Assembly: GCA_965208315.1 (NCBI GenBank)
Contig: OZ242329.1
Coordinates: 630,913 to 694,912, forward strand
From: Chloroflexota bacterium
Lineage (GTDB): Bacteria; Chloroflexota; UBA11872; VXOZ01
Length of the DNA stretch: 64,000 nt
Direction: 5' to 3'
The translations under genes and the position numbers were made by a program. The notes under the pieces were generated by a model. It was not told the origin of the DNA. It did not search any database and saw nothing but the letters and a program-made list of their open reading frames with translations. Shown here piece after piece: positions 9,746-20,705 of the stretch (position 1 is its first letter; each line of letters starts with the position of its first letter).

Positions 9746-10642
9746 TCAAAGCGGCACGTGAAGGAACTCTTTACCGAGCACAATCTCGCCGTTGAATTGA
9801 GACGCCACTTCCGCGATGGCGCGTTCTGCCTGCCCCGGCGCCGGCTCACCGAGCGTTTCGGCGCCGATGGCGCGCGTATGGTGCACCAAGACCAGGCGCT
9901 TGACTTCTGCCTCTTGCGCGAGACGACCTGTGGAGATTGTCCCCAGGTTCGCGTCACGCTCCTCTGCGCGCACGTGTGATTGGGACATGTGGCACATTGC
10001 GACCAAGGTGCCGGCGCCTTGGGCGAGTTCTAGCAAGCTCCGCCCTGGGCCGGCGTCGCCGGTGAAGACGATTGAACCGCCGTCGCTGTTGAGTCGGTAG
10101 GCCAGCGACTCAAGCCAGGGCTGCACGTGCTGGGTGGCGGCGCACACCACCTCCCAATCCGCGCCGCGGCACACGACGCCCGGCCCCACGTCCTTCACGG
10201 CCACATCCGGTGGGTTCCGCGGCAGGATGCCGCCCCGCGCCTGAAAACCGCGTACACTCACCGGGTGGTTCATTCTGGCTCGGATGTCCGGCGCGAAAGC
10301 GCCGGTATCTGGGTCTATGAGCCGGGCGGTAAGCTGCTCCGTGTACTGCGGCCCAAATACCTGCAGCCGGGCTACCTCGCCGTAGCCCGTATCCCAACGC
10401 GAAAGAAGGAAGCCGGGATAGTCCGCGTTATGATCGTAGTGGTGATGGGTAAAGAAGAGATACCCTATCTCCGACGGAGCTATTCCCATCCTCAAGAGCT
10501 TGTAGGTTGTTGCCGGCCCGCAGTCGAACATAAACTGCTCTGAACCGAGGCTGACGACATAAGAAGAACCGTATTGTGTGGCGCTCAAGCCGGGGGTGCC
10601 CGCTCCCAGAATCAGCAATCGCATTCCCATCTCTCGGATCAT
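9746..10642 (-). CDS. MBL-fold metallo-hydrolase, RNase Z/arylsulfatase-like
   Basis: LGAGTP, FDCG, FTHHHYDH, FTGD and LVLVH motifs. Confidence 0.88.
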   Translation of the reverse strand: MIREMGMRLLILGAGTPGLSATQYGSSYVVSLGSEQFMFDCGPATTYKLLRMGIAPSEIGYLFFTHHHYDHNADYPGFLLSRWDTGYGEVARLQVFGPQYTEQLTARLIDPDTGAFAPDIRARMNHPVSVRGFQARGGILPRNPPDVAVKDVGPGVVCRGADWEVVCAATQHVQPWLESLAYRLNSDGGSIVFTGDAGPGRSLLELAQGAGTLVAMCHMSQSHVRAEERDANLGTISTGRLAQEAEVKRLVLVHHTRAIGAETLGEPAPGQAERAIAEVASQFNGEIVLGKEFLHVPL

Positions 10643-10760
10643 TCCTGCCTACTGCTGGGTTCTTGTGCCTTGCTGCCAAACCGGCTAACCACGCGCCGGC
10701 TATGAACCGCATCTGCAAGATGGTGCGCGCGGGGTACGGCAAAGTGGCAAGTGGTTTCCT

Positions 10761-12719
10761 TTAGCCTTTCCACCATACGGTCCAAAAGTCAATGCTTTCA
10801 GCAGGAAAAGTCACCCGCGCCGTTACGCCCCCATCGGGCGCATTCTCAATCTTAAAAGTGCCGGACAACTCGTGGGTTACCAATTGCTCGACGATGCTCA
10901 AGCCAAGCCCAGCGTGCGTATGCAAGCTAAAGTCATCTTGCATACCCTTCCCGCTGTCCCACACTTCTATAGAGATTGTCCCGGCCTGCTCTGCGGCGAT
11001 GATCCGAATGCTGCCTACGGTACGGCCGACCATGCCGTGCATAATGGCATTTGAAACAAGCTCATTGAGCACAAGCGCAAGAAGCGTCGCTTGCTTGGAG
11101 CCGAGTTTGATTGGTTCAGAATGAACGGTAAAATCGATCTTCAGGCTTGGCGGCGCCAACTCGTTTTGGACGATCTCCATAATGCGGTTGGCGATCTCCC
11201 CTGCTGTGGCCAAACCAATATCCTCTTCAGAGAAGAGTTCATGAACGGCTGCAATGCTCTGCACCCGGGCTGCGCTTAAGGCCAAGAGTCCGGCTGCTTC
11301 TGAAGACTCGGCGCGCCTCATTTGCAGGGAGAGCAATGAAGCTACGGTCTGGAGGTTGTTCTTTACCCGGTGCTGCATCTCGCGCATGAGCACGGCTTGT
11401 GTCTCCAGCGCTCTCTGCGCTTCCCGGTACAAGCGCGCATTCTCGATGGCGAGCGCCGCATCATACGCGAACGTGGAAACGAGTTCAACCTGCTCTTCCG
11501 TGAACTCTTGCCGTTCTCGCGTAAAGACACTGATTCCGCCCAGGACCCGATCATGCGCGATGAGCGGAACGCAAAACATGGAGCGGATGCCTTCTTCCAT
11601 AATTTGGGGATACTCTGTTGTCAGAATAGGGTCATTGAGGGTGTCTTCAACTCGCACCAGTGTCTGTTCGGCAATCGAACGCCCAATCGCGCCTTCACCT
11701 ACTCTGATGCGCCACGTCTTGTATTGGTCGCTGAGGTTGTATCCCGCGACGATAAAGATTTCACGATCGTTTTCATCGATCTGGAAAATCGCCGCTTGGT
11801 CGGCGCTCGATAACTCTGCGGCATGGCGCGCAATCATCTCAAGCACCTGGCTAAGATCCAGAATTGAGGCGATCGAGGCCCCAACATGCTGCAAGGTTGT
11901 GAGCTGGCTGACTTTTTCCCGGAGCTTCTCGTCCGTTTGTTCATAGAGGCGCGCGTTCTCGATTGCAATAGCGACTTGCCCGCATACCGTTTCAGCAAAT
12001 CCAATCTCATCTTTAGAAAACTCTCGGGGCAAGTGTGTCTGTATGTCGAGAACGCCGATGAGCCTATTCACCGCAAAGAGGATGATGGGGACTGCTAGCA
12101 AACCGTGCATAGGTTCATCTATCAGCCCTGGGTCATGGACGTAGCGTGGGTCTTCCATGGCGTTTTCCAAGGCCACCGGCTCGCCGTGCTGCGCTGCCCG
12201 CCCGGTGACTCCTTCTCCAAGGTTGACATGTACCTGCCCGACTGCCACGGGGTTGAGGCCCGTCGTCGCACGCAACGTAAGGCGGTTCAACTCTTCGTCG
12301 AACAAATAGATACTGCAGTCATCGATGTTCAGCACCTCGGTTACCGCTCGCGCAGTCAGGTCTAGAACCTGCTCAAGATCCAGCGTGGAGTTGGCGACGT
12401 TATTGACCTGTTGAATCGTTGTAAGATGCCCCACGCGCGCCATCAAACTCTCGACGGTTGTAGTCTCTCTTGCTCCCGTACACTCCTGCAGGCGTTCGCG
12501 TAATGCGTTAGTGACTGTCTGCGAAAAATTGAGCAACTTGGACGTGTTCCGCTCAGATTGGTGGCTGAGAAGTGGCACAAGGAGGGCGACTCGTTCCTCA
12601 AAGGTGCGCCAGGCGGAAGTCACTTGGTCGGCATCCGGAAGCTGCTTAACCTGGAGCAACAAGGGGAGGATCACGTTCGGGTCCGGATCATCGCAAATTA
12701 CCCCTGCGAGCTCACTCAA
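10761..12719 (-). CDS. Cytoplasmic double-GAF sensor histidine kinase (HisKA_2, PdtaS/EutW-like)
   Basis: Two GAF-like segments each ending AIAIENARLY or ALAIENARLY; EMQHRVKNNLQ H-box, ELVSNAIMHG N-box, GLGL G2 box. Start codon uncertain. Confidence 0.9.
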   Translation of the reverse strand: MSELAGVICDDPDPNVILPLLLQVKQLPDADQVTSAWRTFEERVALLVPLLSHQSERNTSKLLNFSQTVTNALRERLQECTGARETTTVESLMARVGHLTTIQQVNNVANSTLDLEQVLDLTARAVTEVLNIDDCSIYLFDEELNRLTLRATTGLNPVAVGQVHVNLGEGVTGRAAQHGEPVALENAMEDPRYVHDPGLIDEPMHGLLAVPIILFAVNRLIGVLDIQTHLPREFSKDEIGFAETVCGQVAIAIENARLYEQTDEKLREKVSQLTTLQHVGASIASILDLSQVLEMIARHAAELSSADQAAIFQIDENDREIFIVAGYNLSDQYKTWRIRVGEGAIGRSIAEQTLVRVEDTLNDPILTTEYPQIMEEGIRSMFCVPLIAHDRVLGGISVFTRERQEFTEEQVELVSTFAYDAALAIENARLYREAQRALETQAVLMREMQHRVKNNLQTVASLLSLQMRRAESSEAAGLLALSAARVQSIAAVHELFSEEDIGLATAGEIANRIMEIVQNELAPPSLKIDFTVHSEPIKLGSKQATLLALVLNELVSNAIMHGMVGRTVGSIRIIAAEQAGTISIEVWDSGKGMQDDFSLHTHAGLGLSIVEQLVTHELSGTFKIENAPDGGVTARVTFPAESIDFWTVWWKG

Positions 12720-12808
12720 TCAGCGGAGGAAGGCGCAACCTTGTTGTCAAGGAGCCAGCACAGGTTCGCGCTTGTTTGGTAATCCAATCGCATCTTGCAT
12801 TATCCCCG

Positions 12809-12835
12809 GTCGCGGCTAAGATACTTGGCCGCGAC
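12809..12835. promoter_or_regulatory. Inverted repeat in the divergent kinase/acyl-CoA ligase promoter region (possible operator)
   Basis: GTCGCGGCTAAG-ATA-CTTGGCCGCGAC. Confidence 0.35.
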
Positions 12836-13024
12836 AGAAAGAACAGCGTCTTTTATGCAGTTTCCCGTGCCCTATTGACTGGCGCGCGGCATGGAACGAA
12901 CGAGCGTCAAGTGACACTGTATCGGATTGAATCTGATACTATCATGCCACAGTGTACGGAGCGCAGGTCGCACCCGCGGCTTACTTAATGCGCAATGGCC
13001 CAATAGGCAACTTGAGTGCGAGCA

Positions 13025-14980
13025 ATGGAACGTCAATTCTCCTGGGAACCATACGGTGAGTATCTTGCGCGCTCGCGCATCGGAGCATTCATGGGTCGCC
13101 ATGACATCGCTTCCTGGCAGGAATTGATTTCGCGGTCCCAGCGGGACATAGGCTGGTTTTGGAATGCTGCCCTTGACCACCTCGGAGTCGAGTGGGCAAC
13201 CGCCTACGAAGCTGTCTACGACGATGCCGACGGCATGCCTTGGACCAGGTGGTTCCCAGGCGGCGCCCTCAACGTCACGCACAATTGCATAGATCGCCAC
13301 ATCCGGGATCAACGCGGAGCAGAGCTCGCCTTAATCTGGGAGAGCGACGGCGGAGAATCCCGCTCGCTTACCTACCAGGAGCTCTATGAACGCGTCTGCG
13401 TAGTGGCGGCGGCCATGCAACGTCTTGGCATCACTTCTGGCGACGTCGTGGGACTGTGCGCGCCGGTGTCGCCGGAAGCGGTGGCGGTGATGTTCGGGGC
13501 GATGAAGATCGGCGCGGTGTGCATGCAAATCGCCGCCCGCGCTGTACCGCAAGACACCGTCGACTCGCTCAATAGGGGAAATGCACGCCTGCTCTTTACG
13601 GTCGATGCCTATCCCCGAGGAGGAAAGTGGACCGATTGCTCACCCACGCTGCGCGCGGTAGCGCAGGGCGTGTGCACGTTAGAGCGCGTCGTGATCATTC
13701 AACGGCGCGGCGTGCCCGGTGAGCTAACGGATGCGTGCCTCTGCTGGTCGGACTTCATCGCCCTGGGCAGTAGTTGTACGTCCTCTCCAACAGAGGCGGT
13801 GGATTCAGAACACCCCAATCTCATTCTGTTTACATCAGGAACCACCGGCAGATCAAAAGCTATTGTGCATACACACGGCGGTTCGCTTGCGCAGGTGATC
13901 AAAGAAGTAGGATATGCCTTTGACTGTCAAAGCCATGATCGCTTTTGCTGGTTTACGAATTTCGGTTGGATGATGGCGCCGTGGGAACTTATGGGTGTAC
14001 TCTTCTTTGGCGGCACGGTTGTCTTGTATGAAGGCACACACGCCTACCCTACGCCTCACCGGATCTTCGAGCTGATTGAAAAACATCGCATCTCGATTTT
14101 CGGCTTTGTGCCTACGGCTATCCGGCAACTCGCCGCCCTCGAGGAAGACTTCAGCATCCATGATCGTTCGTCATTGCGCATTCTCGGTTCCACGGGTGAA
14201 ATACTCGATAGGCAGGCATGGCTCTGGTATTCTTCAACGTTTGGCGAAGGTCGCTGCCCGATCATGAACATCTCCGGTGGCACCGAGGTCATTGGCTGCT
14301 TGCTCTCGCCGCTGCCGGTGATGCCGCTCAAGCCCGGAACCCTGGGCGGCGGCGGTTTAGGTATGGATGTGGCAATAGTAGACGACGATGGAAGACTGGT
14401 TTCGGGCGGGCCGGGTCATCTTGCTTGCAGACAACCCTTTCCTTCCATGACGCGCGGATTCCTGGGAGAACGGCAGCGCTATCTCGACACATACTTCCCC
14501 CACGGCCAGAATCTCTGGATTCATGCGGACCGTGTCGAAGTTGATGCAGACGGTATGTGGTATATCCTCGGCCGCAGCGACGACCTCATCATTCGCGGCG
14601 GCATCAATCACGATCCCGGCAAGATTGAGCAAGCGCTGCTTGCCTATCCGGGAGCCCCGAAAGTGATCGAAGCAGCGGCGATCGGCCCGCATGACACGGC
14701 ATTGGGACAGCGGATTGTGTGCTTCGTGGTATTGGAGCATCAACTCAGCGCGCCAAGCGCGGATGCCTTTATGCGGAAACTGCGCGCGCACGTAGGGGCA
14801 ACGTACGACAGAACGGGCAGGCCGGATGAGATTCATATCGTGGACGCGCTGCCGAAGAATCTGGCGGCCAAGGTCCCAAGGGGGCAAATCAGACGAGCCT
14901 ATGAAGGCCGGCCGCTCGGGGACGTATCCAAGCTCGATAATCCTCAGGCGCTTGCGGCAATTCAGTCACTTCATAGCTAG
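13025..14980 (+). CDS. AMP-binding acyl-CoA synthetase (acetate/acetoacetate-CoA ligase family)
   Basis: FTSGTTGRSK, LRILGSTGE, NISGGTE and GRSDD motifs. Confidence 0.9.
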   Translation: MERQFSWEPYGEYLARSRIGAFMGRHDIASWQELISRSQRDIGWFWNAALDHLGVEWATAYEAVYDDADGMPWTRWFPGGALNVTHNCIDRHIRDQRGAELALIWESDGGESRSLTYQELYERVCVVAAAMQRLGITSGDVVGLCAPVSPEAVAVMFGAMKIGAVCMQIAARAVPQDTVDSLNRGNARLLFTVDAYPRGGKWTDCSPTLRAVAQGVCTLERVVIIQRRGVPGELTDACLCWSDFIALGSSCTSSPTEAVDSEHPNLILFTSGTTGRSKAIVHTHGGSLAQVIKEVGYAFDCQSHDRFCWFTNFGWMMAPWELMGVLFFGGTVVLYEGTHAYPTPHRIFELIEKHRISIFGFVPTAIRQLAALEEDFSIHDRSSLRILGSTGEILDRQAWLWYSSTFGEGRCPIMNISGGTEVIGCLLSPLPVMPLKPGTLGGGGLGMDVAIVDDDGRLVSGGPGHLACRQPFPSMTRGFLGERQRYLDTYFPHGQNLWIHADRVEVDADGMWYILGRSDDLIIRGGINHDPGKIEQALLAYPGAPKVIEAAAIGPHDTALGQRIVCFVVLEHQLSAPSADAFMRKLRAHVGATYDRTGRPDEIHIVDALPKNLAAKVPRGQIRRAYEGRPLGDVSKLDNPQALAAIQSLHS

Positions 14981-14994
14981 GGAAGGTTTCGGTA

Positions 14995-15960
14995 ATGCAA
15001 GCCGACACGATACACCATGCCACCATTGTAGGCGCCGGCCTTATGGGCGCCGACATCGCCGTGGTCCTCACACTGTCCGGTATTGCGGCAACGCTCGTTG
15101 ACCTATCTGACGATCATTTGCAACTCGCGCATGCGCGCATGCGCGCCAGCATGGAGTCTCTGCGAAAGACTAATCTGGCAACAGAGGCACAGGTCGGGCA
15201 GGCGCTCCAAATGGTGAGCGGGACGACCGACCGGGCCGCTGCGGTCGCTACTACGGAATTCGTCGTCGAATCCGTACCGGAAGACCTCGCGCTCAAGCAA
15301 GAGATATTTGCCGCCTTGGATGCCGAAGCGCCGCCGGAGGCAATACTCACGAGCAACACCTCATCACTGTCGATAACTGCCATGGCGGCCGCCACGCGGA
15401 GACCCGAACGTGTGGTCGGTAGTCACTTCATCCTCCCCGGTACGGTGCTGCCGCTTGTAGAAGTCGTGCGCGGCGACCAAACGAGCGACGAGACAATGCA
15501 GATCACGTTCGACCTGTGGCAGCGAGTTGGCAAACAACCGGTGATGGTGCAGAAGGACATACCCGGGTTCATTCATAACCGGCTGCAACACGCCTTGAGC
15601 AGGGAGGCTATTTCGCTCTGGGCGAGCGGCGTGGCTTCCGCGAAGGAGATTGACACGGTGGTGGTGAACGGCTTCGGTCTGCGCCTCGGCCGTGTCGGGC
15701 CGCTGGCGCAGCGCGACCTGGGCGGTATGGTGATGAACGTGGCTATCGCGGCTTCGCTCTACCCTTCACTCAGCACGCTTACCGACGCGCCGCAGGCGAT
15801 GAAAGACCTCGTGGAGCAAGGAGCGTTGGGATTGGAAGCGGGACGCGGCTTCTACGACTGGAGCGATACCGACCCGCGAGAAATTCGGCGCCACGTGGAG
15901 CGCACACTGCTATCGGATATCCTGCATCGCCAACGCACGCAAAGCGATCCGCGCAGCTAG
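14995..15960 (+). CDS. 3-hydroxyacyl-CoA dehydrogenase family protein
   Basis: GAGLMG, ESVPEDLALK, SNTSSL, PGFIHNRL and GRGFYDW motifs. Confidence 0.92.
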   Translation: MQADTIHHATIVGAGLMGADIAVVLTLSGIAATLVDLSDDHLQLAHARMRASMESLRKTNLATEAQVGQALQMVSGTTDRAAAVATTEFVVESVPEDLALKQEIFAALDAEAPPEAILTSNTSSLSITAMAAATRRPERVVGSHFILPGTVLPLVEVVRGDQTSDETMQITFDLWQRVGKQPVMVQKDIPGFIHNRLQHALSREAISLWASGVASAKEIDTVVVNGFGLRLGRVGPLAQRDLGGMVMNVAIAASLYPSLSTLTDAPQAMKDLVEQGALGLEAGRGFYDWSDTDPREIRRHVERTLLSDILHRQRTQSDPRS

Positions 15961-16082
15961 CTCGGCGGCGCCACGCGCCCGCTATCCCTCCCGCCATACG
16001 CCAACCGGACAGGTCTCGGTTGCAAAGCCGTGTACGCTCTAGACGAGAACGCATCGCATAAATGCGTTCTCGTGCAGACCTG

Positions 16083-16145
16083 CCCTTCGACAAGCTCTGG
16101 GCGAATGGAAAAGCGAAAAATCCGTTCGTGCTGAGGGCTGGGCGA
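16083..16145. repeat. REP-like palindromic element, family 1
   Basis: CCCTTCGACAAGCTCTGGGCGAATGG...CCGTTCGTGCTGAG between convergent genes. Confidence 0.7.
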
Positions 16146-16159
16146 ATCGACACTCTTGC

Positions 16160-17338
16160 CTAGGCGTCTTGCAGAGCGGCAACGCCCGGCAGCGACTTGC
16201 CTTCCAGGAATTCAAGGGTGGCGCCTCCTCCTGTGGAAAGATGGCTAATGCCGTCCGCAGCACCGTAACGCTCGACCGCGGCCACAGTCTCACCCCCGCC
16301 GACGATTGTCGTTGCCGAGCAATCCGCGAGGGTCTGCGCAATGGCACGCGTGCTGCCAGCGAATCGCTCTTCTTCGAAGAGTCCGAGCGGGCCGTTCCAC
16401 AGCACGGTACCTGCTGACGCCAGGACCGCTTTTACGTCTTTAACGGTCGCTGGCCCAATATCGCCGATCATCGTGTCTACAGGAATGGCGTCTATCTCAA
16501 CTACCCTTCCCGCGGTAGCGGCAGCGCCGACTAAACCAACCACTGCGTCTCGCGGCAGCAATACAGTTACATTGGCTTCTTCCGCTTGTGCAATGAATTC
16601 CGCGGCTACCGGGATTAAGCCGTCCTCCACGAGGCTCTCGCCTACGGCGATTCCTTGGGCTTTCAGCAGCGTATTGGCGATGCCGCCTCCGAGCACAAAG
16701 ACATCGACCTGCTGCAAGAGATTGGTGAGAACGCCAATCTTCGTCGAAATCTTGGCGCCGCCGATTACCGCGACGAATGGCTTTCTTGGAGATTGCAGCA
16801 ATTGAGAAAGCGTGGCAATCTCCTTTTCCATAAGCAAACCGGCGACGCCTGGCACGTAAGCAGTTATGCCCTGCGTTGACGCATGCGCGCGGTGGGCCGC
16901 GCCGAACGCGTCGTTCACGAAGATATCGGCGAGTGACGCCAGGCGACGCGCGAAGTCCGGATCGTTCTGTTCCTCCTCTGGGTGGAAGCGCACATTCTCC
17001 AGGAGGAGTACGTCACCGGGCTGCAAGGCGTGTGCAGCGGAAGCCGCTGCTGACCCAATGCAGTCGGGAGCCGTACGCACCGGCAGTTCAAGCAGCTCTG
17101 ACAGGTGCGCCGCAACAGGTGTCAGCCGCAGTGACTCCTTGACCGTTCCTTTGGGCCGACCGAGATGGGAGATGAGGATAACCTTGGCTTTTCGCTTCCG
17201 CAAGAACTCTATGGTCGGTAGCGTAGCGCGGAGCCGCGCATCATCGGCAACCTTGCCGTGGGCCAAGGGCACGTTGAAATCGACACGTACCAGTACGTAT
17301 TTGCCCGCTACGTCAATGTCTCTAACGGTCTGCTTCAT
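16160..17338 (-). CDS. pgk: Phosphoglycerate kinase
   Basis: RVDFNVP, SHLGRP, DAFGAAHRAHAS, WNGPLG and STGGGATLE motifs. Confidence 0.98.
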   Translation of the reverse strand: MKQTVRDIDVAGKYVLVRVDFNVPLAHGKVADDARLRATLPTIEFLRKRKAKVILISHLGRPKGTVKESLRLTPVAAHLSELLELPVRTAPDCIGSAAASAAHALQPGDVLLLENVRFHPEEEQNDPDFARRLASLADIFVNDAFGAAHRAHASTQGITAYVPGVAGLLMEKEIATLSQLLQSPRKPFVAVIGGAKISTKIGVLTNLLQQVDVFVLGGGIANTLLKAQGIAVGESLVEDGLIPVAAEFIAQAEEANVTVLLPRDAVVGLVGAAATAGRVVEIDAIPVDTMIGDIGPATVKDVKAVLASAGTVLWNGPLGLFEEERFAGSTRAIAQTLADCSATTIVGGGETVAAVERYGAADGISHLSTGGGATLEFLEGKSLPGVAALQDA

Positions 17339-17613
17339 CGCGGCTTTCGTTTGGAAGCGGAGCGACTCTTCCCAATAGTGCGATGTGGTTCGAGCGAGCT
17401 TCCTATGCTCTCCAGTTGATACAATACCGTTTTCGACAAATCGTCCAGGATCACTTCCCGCCGAACCGCGTATTCAACCCTACCACTCATCCTCAATTCC
17501 AGTGAGTACGCCGTCTCTTTTTCTTCAGGGTACGTGCAACGAAGTGCGGTCACTACCCTCGCGACGAGGAGGGCAAGGCGTTCCGGAACACGCGCAGTTA
17601 AGTATTCTTTCAT
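17335..17613 (-). CDS. Hypothetical 92-aa protein between gap and pgk
   Basis: Its stop overlaps the pgk start (ATGA); no recognisable domain. Confidence 0.45.
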   Translation of the reverse strand: MKEYLTARVPERLALLVARVVTALRCTYPEEKETAYSLELRMSGRVEYAVRREVILDDLSKTVLYQLESIGSSLEPHRTIGKSRSASKRKPR

Positions 17614-17759
17614 GAGACGCTGGAGGGCAAGAAGGTGACTGCGGTATCAAGACATAACTTCGTAGAGTGCGCAGAATGCGGAGTCAAGTGAACGCGGAGC
17701 GACTCCGGTTCCCTTTCCCAGAGGATAACCTTGCATAACTCTCACAAAGCAATGAAGTT

Positions 17760-17793
17760 CCCTCTCCCAAAGTGAGAGGGTTAGGGTGAGGGA
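17760..17793. repeat. REP-like element, family 3 (CCCTCTCCC...GAGAGGG.TAGGGTGAGGG)
   Basis: CCCTCTCCCAAAGTGAGAGGGTTAGGGTGAGGG just downstream of gap; one copy in the window. Confidence 0.55.
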
Positions 17794-17826
17794 AAAACAT
17801 CAGCGCAAGGCTACGTTGAAAGGGCG

Positions 17827-18846
17827 CTAGACAGCCGCCGCTTGAGGGATTGTCTGTGCGACGCGGGCCGTCAAGTCGGCAATGCGGCACGCGTAGCCCC
17901 ACTCGTTGTCGTACCACGAGAGCACCTTTACGAGCTTGCCGGAGACTTGCGTTGACGGTAGGTCTACAATCGAACTCCGCGTATCGCTCTTGAAGTCCAT
18001 GCTCACGAGTTCTTCGCTGGAGCAACCAAGGATGCCATTTAATCCCCCCTGTGCAGCCGCCTCGAAGGCGTCGTTCACGGCTTCGACCGTTACGTCCTCG
18101 GCAACCTCGCACGTAAAGTCAACCACGGAAACGGTGGGTGTCGGCACGCGCAGGGCGAACCCATCGAGCCTGCCTTCCAAGTCGGGAATTACCTGCACCA
18201 CGGCCTTTGCTGCCCCGGTGGTTGTTGGGATAATGTTCAGCGCCGCAGCGCGCGCGCGGCGCATGTCACTTTGGTCAAGATCGAGAATGCGCTGGTCGTT
18301 GGTATACGAGTGAATCGTATTCATGAGACCTTGTTTGACGGTAAAGGCATCATGTAAGACCTTTACCACGGGCGCGAGGCAGTTCGTCGTGCATGAGGCA
18401 TTCGATACGATGTGATGCTCAGCCGGATCGTAGGCTGCGTCATTCACCCCCAACACCAAGGTTACGTCCTCTTCCTTGGCCGGCGCCGAGATGATTACCT
18501 TCTTCGCACCCGCCTCAAGGTGTTTCCCTGCGGAAGCGCGGTCGGTACCGACACCGGTTGCCTCGATTACAACGTCGATGTCCAGGTCTTGCCACGGCAG
18601 CGCAGTCCAGTCACGCTGGGAGAGCGTCTGGAGGTGTCGCCCGTCAATTGTGAGAGCGCCGTCGCTTACCGCAACCTCACCGTTGAAGCGGCCATAATTG
18701 CTGTCGTATTTGAAAAGATGCGCGTTGGTCTCCGCGCTTGCGAGGTCGTTCACCGCAACCGGGTCAAGGTCCGGAGACCGCTCCAGAATTGCTCGCAAAG
18801 CCAATCTGCCAATGCGGCCAAAGCCGTTGACTGCCACTCGTCCCAT
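17827..18846 (-). CDS. gap: Type I glyceraldehyde-3-phosphate dehydrogenase
   Basis: [20 protein letters not shown] and WYDNEWGY motifs; start ATG 18846. Confidence 0.98.
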   Translation of the reverse strand: MGRVAVNGFGRIGRLALRAILERSPDLDPVAVNDLASAETNAHLFKYDSNYGRFNGEVAVSDGALTIDGRHLQTLSQRDWTALPWQDLDIDVVIEATGVGTDRASAGKHLEAGAKKVIISAPAKEEDVTLVLGVNDAAYDPAEHHIVSNASCTTNCLAPVVKVLHDAFTVKQGLMNTIHSYTNDQRILDLDQSDMRRARAAALNIIPTTTGAAKAVVQVIPDLEGRLDGFALRVPTPTVSVVDFTCEVAEDVTVEAVNDAFEAAAQGGLNGILGCSSEELVSMDFKSDTRSSIVDLPSTQVSGKLVKVLSWYDNEWGYACRIADLTARVAQTIPQAAAV

Positions 18847-18913
18847 ACGTCTCTTGTACCTCTCTCCGCGCCTTGGAATACGTATCGTGCGGGCGTGAAA
18901 ACACGCCAATCCA

Positions 18914-20239
18914 TCACGACACCTTCAACGCTTCTGATTCAGCGCGTCTGCGGTCTCGCTTGGATGCTCCGTAGTTACTATACACTTGCATCACGGCTTG
19001 GGCGAGCTTGGCCGCACTGTGCTGATAGGGAACCTCTACGTCGATCACGTCGGCGGTTATGACGGGGAGCCCGTCAATTTTCCGCTTTTCCGATTGCATT
19101 TCCACGAGCTCGTAGGAACCATTCGCCGACTGCACGGACGTTTGATCATTCGCCAACACAAGGTTGCACACGTCAGATGGCGCGTGCTGCTTGAGTGCGG
19201 CGAGGTGCTCTTCCACGCCGTAGTGGGTTGTTTCCCCGGGCTCGGTGGCCACGTTGCAGACGTAGAGCTTGAGCGCTTTAGACTCTGCAACAGCTTGGGA
19301 AATCTCCGGTACCAGCAGGTTGGGGAGAAGGCTTGTATAGAGGCTGCCGGGAGCGAGAATGATGTAGTCTGCTTCCAGGATTGCCTGGCTCGCTTCGCTG
19401 AAAGCCATGGGATGCTGCCGATCGAGATATACGCGCTTGATAGACGATCCTGCGTCCCCGACTGCGGATTCGCCGGAGACGGTGCGACCGTCCTCGAGCT
19501 CGGCGCAAAGCTTGACGCTTTCAAGGGTCGAAGGCAGTATCTGTCCGCGCACGGCAAGCACTCGCGAAAGCTCCCGGATGCCCGATTCGAAGTTGCCGGT
19601 CAGGTCGGCCATGGCAAGCATCATGAGGTTGCCGAGGCTGTGCCCTTCCAGTCCGTCACCCTTGTCGAACCGATAGTTGAGCATCCGTGTCATCAGTGGC
19701 TCGGCAATAGCCAGCGCACCGATGCATTGACGCACGTCACCGGGCGGCAGGGCGCCGAACTCCTGTCGCAGGCGCCCGGACGATCCGCCGTCATCGACGA
19801 CCGTCACGATTGCCGTCAGGTTATTCGTATACTCCTTGAGGCCGCGCAAGAGCACCGCTTGTCCGGTGCCGCCCCCAATCGTGACAATCTTCGGCCCGGT
19901 ATTGAGAATCCGGCGCGCGTACACGCGGTCCACCAGCCGCTCACCCTGGCTTGGCGCCACCACGACTTCCATAAGCGAGGCACTGAGCTTCCAGATTGCA
20001 AGGATGGTGAGAAAAAGCCCAACACTGCCTACGAGGATTTCTCGGTAGGGGTGCGGGATGAACTGGAGCGTTACGGTTTGGACGGGTTCGCTGAAGGGCT
20101 GGACGAAATCTACGTTTCGGTAGACCCAGGCAAGGGCCATGGCGCAGGCAAGGGCTAACGCCATGAATCCGATGATCAGCAGCGCAATCCACCGCTTTAC
20201 GTGCATGCCAGGGTAAAACCACTTACGGGAAGGAAACAT
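18914..20239 (-). CDS. yvcK: YvcK/GlmR-family gluconeogenesis factor with N-terminal membrane segments
   Basis: [39 protein letters not shown] and TEPGET motifs. Confidence 0.92.
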   Translation of the reverse strand: MFPSRKWFYPGMHVKRWIALLIIGFMALALACAMALAWVYRNVDFVQPFSEPVQTVTLQFIPHPYREILVGSVGLFLTILAIWKLSASLMEVVVAPSQGERLVDRVYARRILNTGPKIVTIGGGTGQAVLLRGLKEYTNNLTAIVTVVDDGGSSGRLRQEFGALPPGDVRQCIGALAIAEPLMTRMLNYRFDKGDGLEGHSLGNLMMLAMADLTGNFESGIRELSRVLAVRGQILPSTLESVKLCAELEDGRTVSGESAVGDAGSSIKRVYLDRQHPMAFSEASQAILEADYIILAPGSLYTSLLPNLLVPEISQAVAESKALKLYVCNVATEPGETTHYGVEEHLAALKQHAPSDVCNLVLANDQTSVQSANGSYELVEMQSEKRKIDGLPVITADVIDVEVPYQHSAAKLAQAVMQVYSNYGASKRDRRRAESEALKVS

Positions 20240-20705
20240 CTTGCTACCGGCCTTTGCTAGAACTGGGGCATGAGAGCATCGCTGATCCCAAGCCTGTGAG
20301 TATGATGTCGGCCCGTCGCTGCGATGGTGAGCAGCGGCAAGTCAAGCGCGAATGTTGGAGAAGTGCGGTTACCGAGAGTTGAGGAATGCGGCGATGGATG
20401 GTACTGCCAGGAGCAGGTTCGTCAATTTTCAATACAGACTGTGGGCGTGTACAGCGTGGTTTCATTTCGTTTCTCATCGAACATAGACGAGAACCAACGG
20501 AAGCCAAACATGCCGGCAAGACAACCAACGTTCTGCCAGGAACGCCATCTGCGCATAATCAAGCGCGAATGGCGCTCGTTACTAGCGTCTGCGGACTGCG
20601 ATTCTGCGGGGACGTAGGAGTAGGTTTGCGGAATGGATTGAGTATAGATTAGTGCAATTTGCTGCAGGGTGCAATGGCTAACAATTATTCAACCAAGCAA
20701 ACTGT

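Noticed and set aside
18986-20158. 390-aa ORF antisense to yvcK
   Set aside because: Shadow ORF with no motifs. The same applies to the many other overlapping ORFs in the track.
20342-20571. 13-bp direct repeat TCAAGCGCGAATG in the yvcK-glutaredoxin intergenic region
   Set aside because: Only two short copies, with no coding or structural content between them that I can support.
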